From assembly GCF_006345805.1 (NCBI RefSeq), contig NC_043003.1, positions 96,658,001 to 96,722,000 on the forward strand: 64,000 nucleotides of DNA. The letters are read 5' to 3'. The notes beneath the pieces were generated by a model that saw only the letters and a list, made by a program, of their open reading frames with translations, did no database searches and had not been told where the DNA came from. Below are positions 52,581 to 64,000 of this stretch, in pieces; within the stretch, counting starts at the first letter, position 1; each line of letters opens with the position of its first letter. Made by a program: the position numbers and the translations under genes. This DNA comes from Octopus sinensis (Eukaryota).

Positions 52581-53248
52581 TCTCTGTATTATAATGCTGA
52601 AATGCGAAAATCCCTATCTTAAAAGGTGTCGTTGCTAAGGCCTAAAACGTACTTTGACAAGTCTACTAACATTCTTTTATATATCTGTCTTCCTCCATCA
52701 CTCACTCTCTTTTCTCCCTTCCCATCAACTTCTATCTATAACGTCGTTTCACGACGTCTACCTCCCTTCCATTCATTTTCTCTCTATAACGAAGTTTCAC
52801 AGCGTCTAACTCCCTTCCTTTCACATTATCTCTATAGCGTTATAGAGAGAACGTGAAAGGAAGGGAGTAAGTAATAATGAGTGAATGAGAATAACGACGA
52901 AGGGTTTGAAAAGCGTAAAAATATTTTCTTTCTCAACTTACTCAACATCTTTTGTTGTTTATAAATGGGAGAGAGATAGATAGAGAAAGATAGAGAGGAA
53001 GAGAAACGAGGGAAAGTCTAAATATATTTCCCTTTCGCCTTCACCAGCGCTGTCAACCTCTCTCTCTATTTACGTCTGTCTGCATTCATAGAGAGAATTA
53101 TCATCGCTACCACCACCACCACACAATCATGAGAACAAATATTATGAATCGGATATTTATTGGGTTAATTTATATGTGTGTGTGTGTGATGTGTTCTATA
53201 TATAAATATGTATATATGATGTATATATATACAAAGTGTATATATCTG

Positions 53249-53303
<55 letters not shown>

Positions 53304-53324
53304 TACTTTTTTTATATATAATGG

Positions 53325-53365
<41 letters not shown>

Positions 53366-54547
53366 ATGTGTGCATTACGTGGTCGGTTGAGCGGAAAACA
53401 TGCAGACCTATGTTAAAAGTACTGGCGAGTTTGCAATGGCAACTATTTTTATCCTCAAATGAAAGGCGTTGCCTCTAGGACAAAATTCCTCATCTTATAA
53501 AATGTGGCCCGAGTAGACCCGAGTGAAATCAGGTTATATTAACCAAAATGTGAAAAGGGGTCTAAATGGGGCTGGAAGGGGATTAAAATTTACAGGAGCG
53601 GGTGTTTAGGAATTCTCTGTTACATCAAGCTAAAAAATTTGCGCCAGCCTTTTAATCGTCAATGTGTTGCCGTCCATGATGAAGAAGTTTTGAATGCTTG
53701 CCATGGTGAGTCTACTGTCGTGAGAAAGAATCACTTCAAAACTTGATGTTTAGCAATTTTCTTTTACATCAAGTTCAATGTTTTACGCCAGCCGTTAAAC
53801 TGCCACTGCGTTGCTGTCCGTCGTTAAGAAATGCCAGCCATGGTGACTCTACTATCCTCAGATTCTATCCCTTCAAACTTTGGTTTCCAATATTTTATTA
53901 CAGCTCGCAAGTTCGTCTGTCCCTTTTGAATGTTAGTGTTTTGCTGTCTGCCTTGCAGTAGACCTTTCCGTTGTCACTGCCTGATATTTATGATTGATAT
54001 TTCAAAAGATTTTCTTTCTCAACTTACTCAAGATCTTTTGTTTTTTATAAATGGAAGCGAGATAGATAAAGATAGAGAGTAAGAGAAAGCGAGGGAGAGT
54101 CCGAGAGAAAGGAAGAGTAAGAGAGTGGGAAAGTGAAAGAGAATGGAGAGAGAAGCAAAGAGGGAGAATCAGCATCATCATAATCGTTTAATGTCCGTTT
54201 TCCGTGCTAGCACGGGTTGCAAGTTTCGACCGGGGTCTGGGAAGCCAGGAGGCTGCACCAGGCTCCAGTCTGATCTGGCAGTGTTTCTACAGCTTGATGC
54301 CCTTCCTAACGCCAACTACTCCGTGATTGTAGTGGATGCTTATTTCGTGCCACCGGCACAGGTGCCAGGGGGTGCTGGCAGCGGCCACGATTGGTTGGTG
54401 CTTTTTACGTGCCACCGGCACAGAAGCCAGTCAAGGCGGCGCTGCCATCGGCCACGTTCGGATGGTGCTTTTTACGTGCCGAAAGGAAATAACAGAAAGT
54501 AACAACCATACCCTTACCTACGCGTAGAGCGGGTAACCCTAAGCTAG
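52581..54547 (+). mobile_element. Non-autonomous Helitron-like unit 1 (composite, internally rearranged)
   Basis: Starts A|TCTCTGTATTATAATGCTGAAATGCGAA and ends with hairpin (cgcgtagagcggg) plus CTAG at 54544-54547. The interior contains microsatellites, an inverted segment and a SINE-like piece, so it may be more than one element. Confidence 0.65.
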
Positions 54548-54996
54548 TCTCTACATTATAATTCTGAAATGCGAAAAGTTTGTTTGTTTGTCTGATTTTG
54601 GCATTGAGAACGGGTTAAATGCCACTAGATCCCGTTGGATTGACTCCAAAATTTACAGGGTCATATAAAATGAGGGAAAGATTCGAGTGGTCTAGGTTAG
54701 AAATCCCCACCTTAAAAGGTGTCGTTGCTAGGGCCAAAAATGCACTTTGACAAGTGTACTCTCATTCTTTTATGTATCTGTCTTCCTCCATCACTCACTC
54801 TCTTTCCTCCCTTCCTTTCAAATTCTATCTATAACGTCGTTTCACAGCGTCTATTATCTTTCCCTCGCAGCCATCACATTCTATTGTGTGCCTGTCTTCT
54901 TCCATCTCTCTCTCTCTCTCTCTTTCTTCCTTTCCTTTCACATTCTCTCTATAACGTCTTTTGATAGCGTCTACTATCTTTCCTTCACAAGCACTG

Positions 54997-55045
<49 letters not shown>

Positions 55046-55973
55046 ACGTTTCCTACATTCATAAAGTGAATTATCATCGCCACCACCACCACACAATCAT
55101 GAGAATCTTTCTCTTAAAACAAATCATCTTTAGGTTTCAAAATATTTCATTTTTCAGTCCTCTCTTTCATATATCGCCTTTTCTTCCTCGATCTCTCTCT
55201 TTTCCGCTTCTCTCCATTTTCTCTCACTCTATAACGACGTTTGGCACCTCCGCCGTCTCTCTTTCCTCTCCAACGCGTCTCTCAATGACAGCCGCAAAAG
55301 TTTAAATATTCCTACCACAGGTCTTTCAGAAAGGTAACAGATATTATTTATTTTTGCGTGGATAAAAAGAATTTATTTGTTTGCTCAAGCCGACCGTCGT
55401 TAATAAAAATTTTCTGTAAATTTGAAAATTTTCCAGTTTTGAAATATTTACATCTTAACTATTTTATTCGTTTTCTCATTCTAAACCAAATCAACTTTAG
55501 GTTTCCAAGTATTTCATTTCTCAAATTTGCTTTTCGATATGTCTATGCGTAAGCGCTCCAACTTATCAAACCACCGAGCTAGAGTGAGGAAATTGCAAAA
55601 TAGGGAGGCACATGCTCGGGTAATTTTTTGATTACTAAATAGCCTTTTGACCCAAAAGAAAAATATTTCTAATACGGGCTATTCGCTTGCCTTCTGGTGA
55701 TAAGTTTCCATATTTAAAATTTATTGTTTAACATTTTACTTTACTGAAAAAATTAAAATCATTAACATAATCCCTCATTCGCTATCTTTTCTCCATTTTT
55801 CTAAGCTATACTTAAAGCACATTTTTCCATGCTTTAACTGTCAATTTCAAAAAATAAGTATTCATATTTTATAAATTAAATGTAAATGAGCTCTTCGTTC
55901 TTAATGCTACATTAATACATTGGTCCAACAACCAAAACATCACCCGCGCGTAGAGCGGGTCACTTTAAGCTAG
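54548..55973 (+). mobile_element. Non-autonomous Helitron-like unit 2, head-to-tail with unit 1
   Basis: 5' end TCTCTACATTATAATTCTGAAATGCGAAAAGTTTGTTTGTTTG. 3' hairpin acccgcgcgtagagcgggt (55942-55960) followed by CTAG (55970-55973). Confidence 0.8.
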
Positions 55974-56579
55974 AATCATTCATTATATTAGAAGGAAAAT
56001 AAAAACCAAGGCAGAACGAGAATTTCAAGTCATTTAGAATAATTTAATTAAGGTAAGATGAATTTGAAGTCTTTCAGCCGTTTCTGGGTTAACCCAAGTG
56101 GTTGGTAATCATGTCCGTGCACTGGGTAATCTGTCAAGGTATGAATATTTTAGACAGGGAAAATTTAGTTCACAAGGAATAAAATTCACAGTTTATAAGG
56201 AATAAAATAAAAGAATAAAGGAATAAAATAGAAGAATACGCACACACAGACGCACATACATACACACACAAACATACAAACATGAACACACAGACACATG
56301 AATATGCAGAATACATACCCACAAACGTACACAAGCATATACATATATATATATATATATGGATACACAAATACATACATAATACATACATACATATGTG
56401 TATACACATGCAAAACTGACGCATATACATGCACACAAACAAACATACAAAAAAAATCAGCTCCAATAACGGACACAGTCAATGACTATTGAAAAAATAA
56501 GTAAGTAAATGAGTGGAAATCCAACCGGTGACTGTGTTAATTAACAAGGCATTTAAACAGAATCAATCTCTCCTGACAC

Positions 56580-56635
<56 letters not shown>

Positions 56636-58049
56636 CTCTCTTTTGCTTGTTTCAGTCATTTGACTGCGGCCATGCTGGAGCACCGCCTTTTTAATCGTGC
56701 AACTCGATCCTGGGACTTATTTTTATGTAAGCCCAGTACTTATTCTATCGTTCCCTTTTGCCGAACCGCTACGTAACGGGGAAAAAATTATCTGTCACAA
56801 GTGGGATATATATATAATCAAACGATAAGGGTGAGAAAATTGGATAATAATTAAATAGTACATCCATTTACCACCAAGTGGCTTAATAAAAAATATATAT
56901 ATATTTATATATGTATGTATGTGTGTATGATCTTGAGTGGCGAATAATTTAGACTGAGCCTTGTTAGTGATAAGTATAGTGCCGGTGGTCGGCCGTTAAA
57001 TGATGATAGTGTTGGATATTGCTTAATGGAGGTAGCAGTGGTTGGTGGACAGCAAAAAATGTAGTTTTTAATGTTTTTGAAAATATTTTATATCACCTAT
57101 CTTTTGATGCATGCGTTTTATTGTAATTAAATTTTGCTTGCTCAGTCGAAGAATACTTGTTTATAAAATAGGGACAACGATATACAATGTAAACTAGGAA
57201 TAGGAAAAGACAAGAAAGCTTAAGATTAATCGTTTTTATAGTTTTCTTTTCCAAATAGCATATTCTGATTTGTCGAAACTTTACAAATATACTGTCCAAA
57301 AGGAGGATCAAGAGTCTTTCCCGAACCATTGACTCATGAATCCGGTTTCTCGGACTCTGTGGCATATACATCGCATCCTGGACAGGACACATCTCCGTCG
57401 CAGAATTATTCATTTCTGTTAGCTGAGTGAACTGGAACAATGTGAAATGAAGTGTTTTGCTCAAGAACTTAACGCATCACCAGTCCATCAATCAAAAACA
57501 CAGCGTTGCCTTCGTAAGTGCCACACCCAAACCACTAAGCCATTCATATCCATACCAACGTACAGCAGCAGAATAATGATTGAAGATAATGTCTTCAATT
57601 TTGTTCCATAGTTTATATTGTTTACTTCTTGGTATAAAGCGAAAAGTATTAGATAACTCACAAAGTACTAAGCATAAGAATGTAGCTTTCAAAAAAGTTG
57701 TTTCTTTTTATACCATCTCAAGAATCAATTATTTCAGAAAAATATACAATTTTGTGTTACAATTTTAAAAATAATTCAGGAAGTTTCACGAGTACTGATA
57801 GTAGTTATTTATGTAAGAGTGTCATCTAAAAAAATTGAAATAATTTGAGATAGTTCAATGTGATGATTGAACAGTGCTATTGAAAACAAATGAAGAATAA
57901 CCTGATTTTCTCTGCGCTAATGATATACATTTTTGTAATATATAATTGGAACTCATGCTTTTAAAAAAATTTTGTAATGCATAAATTGTAATACATAATT
58001 GTAATACATAATATATTTTTTAGATTTTTGCAATACATAATTGGCGTTT

Positions 58050-58562
58050 ATGTTCTATTTAGGTATAAGTTTTGCTTTTGAACAGTCGTACTTCGATAAA
58101 AGATCATCGATATTATGGCATGGGTTATGTGGCACATATTTTTTCTTATTAATAAACTGTATATTGCTGCGTTGGACAACCATGTATTTATGCCTGATGA
58201 TGCTTGGACTTTTATCAGAAAAATTGAATATAGAGCTACCTTACTCAAATAAATTTTATGAATTTTACAATCCTATTCAGAAATTTTCTTCACCTGATTA
58301 TGAGTCAAGTGTCCTAATGTTTGCAGTAACTGATAAGAGAAGTAATAGGAATCACGTGGAAGCTATAGAAGAAAAACTTTTAACCATTTTTGCTAATCGC
58401 AGCGCCAAGAACCAAGGAGAAATTTTGTATATTGAACATAATACAGACGAAATATCTTATATTCGTGTGTGGCTGATAATTATAGCAATAATCCTATGTT
58501 TTGTACATTACGAAACAAGAAAATATTTTCGAAGGTTCTCAATTATATATTTTAAAATTTGA
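58050..58562 (+). CDS. Probable terminal (or single) coding exon of an unidentified multi-pass membrane protein
   Basis: About 170 open codons in AT-rich non-repetitive DNA. Hydrophobic segments SILWHGLCGTYFFLLINCILL, WTTMYLCLMMLGLLS and IRVWLIIIAIILCFVHY are followed by a basic tail. Possible acceptor ttctatttag| at 58062, or ATG at 58050. No family recognised. Confidence 0.5.
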   Translation: MFYLGISFAFEQSYFDKRSSILWHGLCGTYFFLLINCILLRWTTMYLCLMMLGLLSEKLNIELPYSNKFYEFYNPIQKFSSPDYESSVLMFAVTDKRSNRNHVEAIEEKLLTIFANRSAKNQGEILYIEHNTDEISYIRVWLIIIAIILCFVHYETRKYFRRFSIIYFKI

Positions 58563-59569
58563 CATTTATGTAAGTTTTTTTTAATATGATTTATAAATAC
58601 AATTCATAAAATATTTTGGTATTAAGGGAAACGAGTAAGGATTCTCTTACTTTTTGTAATTAATTCACATGTCTTTAATTGTTTGTTATAAAGATTTTTC
58701 CACCGAAATATCATTCCCTCTTTAATTAACCATCGTAATTATGAATTCAAGATTGTAATAGCAAATACATTAAAAAAAAATTATTTTTTAATAAACAGAA
58801 GAATACACTAAGCATGTATTTTTACTGCTGTTAAGACCGAGACCAGCGTCCATTAAGTAGACGTATAATATCAGATATTCACACCCACGTTAATCTAGAT
58901 CTTTTCTTGTGTATTGCACATTTAGAATTATATTTTCCAAAGCACACGTCCTCTCTATTTTAAGCATTAAAATGTAATTCGCGGGTGATTTCACTACTAT
59001 TCCTAACATGTCGAACAACTACAAAGAATCTCTTTCGTTGCCTCACATTTTATCATATATCTTGGTCTATAGGAATTTGGTCTTTAACATCACTTAAGAA
59101 TATTATAATATCTGGACTTAACATTTTGTGCTTTAGAGTGACGAGCAATGCGTGGCTTCCTTTGTCTTATCACTCAGTATTTACAACTGAAATTTACATA
59201 CATGTTTGTGAAGCTGGATTGATAAAAACGTATTATAAAGCTGTGTAACATGCCTTAAATTAACATCACAGCATATTTTGCCAAACACACATCAGTCACT
59301 ATTTTCAACAGATGATGAACAATAAATTATCAGCTAAGATCCCCTTGTGCATTCCGTTTACAGTAAAGCATTCTTTCATATGGTTTTGCTAGGAGCGTTC
59401 AGTCAATCGAGGGCTTTCAGGACAGTAGTAGATTAGAAGTTTGTTGTACGGAGAATAGCAACTTATTGTAGCGTGGATTGAAATCGTATCCTTGTCGACG
59501 CGGAGCATTTTTTTTATACGTTAACAATACAAGCAAAAATTAAAAGAAAACAGATACAAAAACACAGTC

Positions 59570-59635
<66 letters not shown>

Positions 59636-60223
59636 GTCTGCCTGCCTGCCTGTCTTTCTGTCTGTCTGTCTGTCTGTCTATCTATATATCTATTCATCTG
59701 TATATATATATACATACACATATAATATATATATATAATATATATATAATATATATATAATATATATATAATATATGTGTGTGTGTCTTATGTATGTATA
59801 TATGTATATATATATATATCATCCAGCGAACACCGACCATAAGTCATCACAGTTGCTCAAAGTTAAAATCTAAAATGAATTCCTTGCTCTTTCAGGAACA
59901 TCAATTTTTTATATTGACTGCATATCACCACTGTGATCTATTTTTTATATTGAATGCATATCACCACTATGAACCACTGCATCAGACACTTTAAACATAT
60001 AGCATGAACGAACTCACTTCACACTATATATGAACTTTTTGATGTCTGACTCTATTGTGTATTATAAATGAATTTTTTATATTTGATAGCATGAACTATC
60101 TTTTTTTATATATAAATGTATATATAATGTATATATAAAAATTAAAAATTTGTATAATATAGCAGCATTTTCGAACTTCATTTTTTACAAATATATACCT
60201 ACTCGTATACGAGCTAATCCTGT

Positions 60224-60292
<69 letters not shown>

Positions 60293-60433
60293 TAGCATTA
60301 TATACTAGCTAGTTTGTTATAAATTTACTAAATTAAAAATTTCGGCTAATAAAACATAAAATGACATAATTAAAAATCCAGATAAAAATACATAGAAGAT
60401 AAATATACAAATTTACAAAAATACCTAAAAGTT

Positions 60434-60515
60434 CATCTACAGGCCGTTTCAGGGATGCATCAATTAATATGAAACATATTATATATTTAAATTAGACACT
60501 CCCCTTGTCAGAATG
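60434..60515 (-). ncRNA. Hammerhead-like fold with a core mutation (G8A), probably inactive
   Basis: Minus strand: catt-CTGACAA-ggggagtgtc...gatgcatccct-GAAA-c(ggcct)g-TA-gatg. Confidence 0.5.
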
Positions 60516-61134
60516 TTTTTTTACACACAACACATAGTACACGGAAACAAATGCACAATTACATACCTGCTACATGCGAAAGACCAGACATTACGTACTC
60601 CCAAAAATTCTCCTAGATACTGAATGCTACTTTATAAGCATACTAGCATTAAAGACCCGTCGTCGCCGGGTCATAATGCTAGTGCATGTATATATGTGTA
60701 TATATATGCGTTCATATTACATGTACATCTATATATATACATCTACACATAAAATCCAAATACAAAGTTATATCTTCATATCGCTAGTGATAACAATACT
60801 CAAAATATATTACAGTCTGGAATTGTTAGTCCATCTCTTGTAATTTCGATCAATTGTATCTTGTCCTTCCCTCTTGTATAGAAGTGTGGCTACAATCCAG
60901 CCTACCTCTACTTCTAGATGGGGGGGGGGGCATTAAATTTTTTTTCCGGGACGTCCTACGTCCCAGATATAAAGGTAAAAATGAAATATTTCCACTTTGC
61001 AAGTTCCAGTCGAGTACTCCCCTGCACGCTCCGTTGACTCGAACCTTGCTTCTATTGTGGCGAATTTATCGCCTCTGATTAGATGTCTTTCATAGTCGCA
61101 CCAAGACACTTTTTGAAGGTGCTTTCCTCCATGT

Positions 61135-64000
61135 GATTTTATTATTACCCACAAGGGGCGAACATAGATGGGACAATACAATCTGATGATGGGGTCAGAC
61201 AAACGAATGGGTTTTTACAATAAATCGGATTTAAAAATTTTCATGAATTACAATAAATGGACAGAAATCGAATGATGGGACAGACTGGAAGACATTACGG
61301 GTGGAGTGGGTGCGGGTTTAGCTCGGACCCCACGAGCCCCGCCTCCCCACTGATACTTTTGGTTGCGCTTGGTATTACATTTATGTTGTATCTTTCACTC
61401 GCAACTTTCGTGCTACATCCTTCCATCGTTCTTCATACACTCTCCTAGTAAGGCATATTCTCTCCAGCCCTATCTTCCTTTTCAGGTGAAAGATGAAATA
61501 ATTCATCAAACCAGGGCCGGAGATGAACTTGCCTGACTGTAAACCTTTCATTCTCGTCTTCCATATCACCTCTTTCGCAATTGCTACTACAACGAGAAAA
61601 CGAAACTTACCTTCATTCACGAGGAAATCCGGTGGGTCAATTTTTGTAATCGACTCAGTCGACAGCTGTACTCTTCGTGTACCTGACAACAGGTGTTCGG
61701 CATAAACCCATACCTCAGACACGTCCGGACAATGAACAATAGCGTGCCGGACGGTTTCCCTATCCCGCCCGCATCTTGGACATATCGGACTGTCTTGGCC
61801 ACCGTGCCTTGCGAGTTTATCCCGAACAGGTAGAGCTCCTCTGTAGCATTGCCATGCCATAGACTTCTGGAAGTTGTCCAGTGTCCTCGGCTCGAACGTA
61901 CGTCGGAACAGACTGGCCAGCTGATTATCGTCGAGACCTAGGGTTTCCCCCAAGGTATCTTCACATTCCGCCTCTACCAACCCTCTATAGAGAATGTGGT
62001 GGAACCCCCACCGCAGGCGTTGCCCGAGCGACGGAATAGCAGGAGAGCCTTGCGACACTCCGTGTACCAAGTACCAAGTTTCGATCTACGATTCAGCCAG
62101 GTTTCCCATCCACCGAAACTAGTGAACTTGGGAAACATCAGTTTTGCTAGCGAAGACCACACCCGTTCACCATCCAGGTAGAGCCACAGATGTCTTAACC
62201 TCAGCGCATGTCTGCGCATCATCAGCCAAGGCATCCCTAGCCCACCCTTTAACGGTTGTTGACAGCAAGTAGAGCGTTTCACAAGTGGTTTCCCGCCCTT
62301 CCACAAGAAGTAGAAGAGCTGTCTTTCCAACTTGATCAACCACGAGTCAGGGCAAGGAACGACGGAAAGGCGGTAGGTGATAACCGATGCGATAAACACA
62401 TTGGCCACCTCCGCCCTCCCTTTCAGGGATAGCCACCGCCAAGACCAGGTCTTGGCTACTGCAGCCACCTTGCTCGTTACCTCGCCCCAATTCTTCTCTA
62501 TTTGGAGGTCTGGACCGAACCAGACCCCTAGCAGTTTAATCGGACCCTCCGTCCAACGTCCCACGACGCTGTCAGGAGGCATCGACTTGCCTCTCCAGGT
62601 GCCGAGTTGCAAGCCGACTGACTTTTCGCGATTAACTTTTGCTCCTGTCACCGTCTCGTAAACCTCTATGGCCTTGCCTACTTTACATAGGTGGTCCATT
62701 TCGGTTACGATGATGGTGATGTCATCCGCGTACGCTGACACTGATTTTCCATTACCTGGCTGTCTCGGGATGCCGCTCAGTTTTCGCAGTAATGGCTCAA
62801 GAGCCATCACGTACAAAAGCGGGGAGAGCGGACACCCTTGACGAACCGAGCGTTTGATTTTGAACGGCTTCGACAAGAAGCCGTTCACCCGAACTACCGA
62901 GTCGATGTTATCATAAATTTGGATAATCCACCTGAGGAAGCCAAGGCTCAGCCCGAACTGTGCCAGGGCAGATACCAGGTAACGTTGGTCGACCCTATCA
63001 AAAGCTTTAGATTGGTCTAAATGGACCAGTGCCCCGCCCTTGCCAGAATCACTATTAAACCCCTCTATAGTGTACCGCATTAGATGGAGATTATCCTGAA
63101 TGGATCTGCCCGGAACGGCACAAGTCTGTGCCTCTCCGATCAGACCATCCGCGACACGCGCCAATCTTTTCGATAACACTTTGGCCAAAATCTTCAACTC
63201 TGTGTTTAGCAGAGTGATGGGCCTGAAATTATCAATGCACTCCCCCTTGCTCGGGTCCTTTCTGACGAGAGTCACTACTCCCCGGCGCACAGATCTGGGT
63301 ATAAGCCCGTTCTGCTGCCAGTTCGCATAGACCTCCGCCAGTAGGTGCCCGAACAAGTCTGGCATACTCTTATATAACTCATAGGGTAGACCATCCAAAC
63401 CCGGCGCCTTTCCCGCGCCGCAGTCCGCCATTGCCTCAAACACCTCCCCAGGCGTGATTGGCCCTTCACAGCCCTCCGCATCTCGCCCCGATAAGCGCGG
63501 CAGACCGTCGAGTAGGTCCGTAAAGGCCCTCCTCCTATCCAGTCCGCCGCACTCACCGAAAAGCTGAGCGAAGTGCTCCTGAAAGGCCTCAGACATCTCC
63601 TCGGGTTCGTTTATCAACTCACCTTGTTGGTTCGTCAAAGATCGAATCGTGGCATCGTTACCATGCTGAGCTTCCACCACTCGGGCCCATCTCACGGCGT
63701 TGATTCCTTCACATCCCATATGACGGATTCTAGCCCTGACAATGCAGCCCATGTGTTTGGCCTCGAGGTGCTGGTTTAACACCAGTCTCTTGGACGCCAC
63801 CTGAGCCGCAGAGCCAGTTTTCATGGCTTCCTCTAATTCCTTAACTAGAGTAGTTTCCCTTCTAGCCTCTCTAGCCACTACTCCTATGCTATATCTAATA
63901 GACTCAAACTTGATGGCTCGTTTGAGGGCGTACCACCATTTGTTATTAATGATGGTACCAGATAGTGCCCTCTGAATTATATTCCTAATCCGGTCTTTGT
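61135..64000 (-). mobile_element. Young Tx1/L1-clade LINE ORF2 (continues beyond window) with one frameshift near 61990 and a 3' UTR
   Basis: A 634-aa frame with KAPGLDGLPYELY, NFRPITLLNTELKILAK, LDQSKAFDRV, RQGCPLSPLLY and SAYADDIT, then a 229-aa frame with the Cys motif CPRCGRDRETVRHAIVHC. Confidence 0.95.

Noticed and set aside
56070-56140. Possible 61-nt exon (tctttcag|...aag|gtatga) upstream of the 58-kb ORF
   Set aside because: Its phase is incompatible with the 58063 acceptor, and the bridging micro-exon candidate lies inside a SINE head.
57580-57768. Short ORF with SSILFHSL, faintly similar to SSILWHGL in the 58-kb ORF
   Set aside because: An in-frame stop lies immediately upstream, no splice signals support it, and the similarity is too short to distinguish from chance.

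Overview
Animal genomic DNA that is AT-rich, dense in microsatellites and almost entirely repeat-derived. The SINE families look like those I recall from Octopus genomes; this assignment is an inference from memory, not a database match. A 100-N assembly gap lies at 38359-38458. Host coding sequence is sparse: one secreted PAN/apple-domain exon (603-915, minus), one unidentified membrane-protein ORF/exon (58050-58562, plus), and a 396-bp tandem array whose unit contains an open, splice-flanked 198-nt exon-like cassette. The rest is a layered transposon landscape: mariner remnants, CR1-, RTE-, Tx1/L1- and R4/Dong-like LINEs, Penelope-like elements, hAT and other MITEs, non-autonomous Helitrons and at least three tRNA-derived SINE families. 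Main observations not shown by the ORF track: (1) several hammerhead ribozyme folds next to Penelope-like sequence, including one textbook-perfect copy and one with a compensatory U3-A8 core; (2) head-to-tail CTAG|TC Helitron junctions, one on a fragment patched into the RT of a Tx1 element; (3) a SINE whose 3' tail matches the 3' end of the Tx1-like LINEs; (4) the tandem exon-cassette array; (5) a near-perfect 125-bp palindrome. Most coordinates for decayed repeats are approximate.
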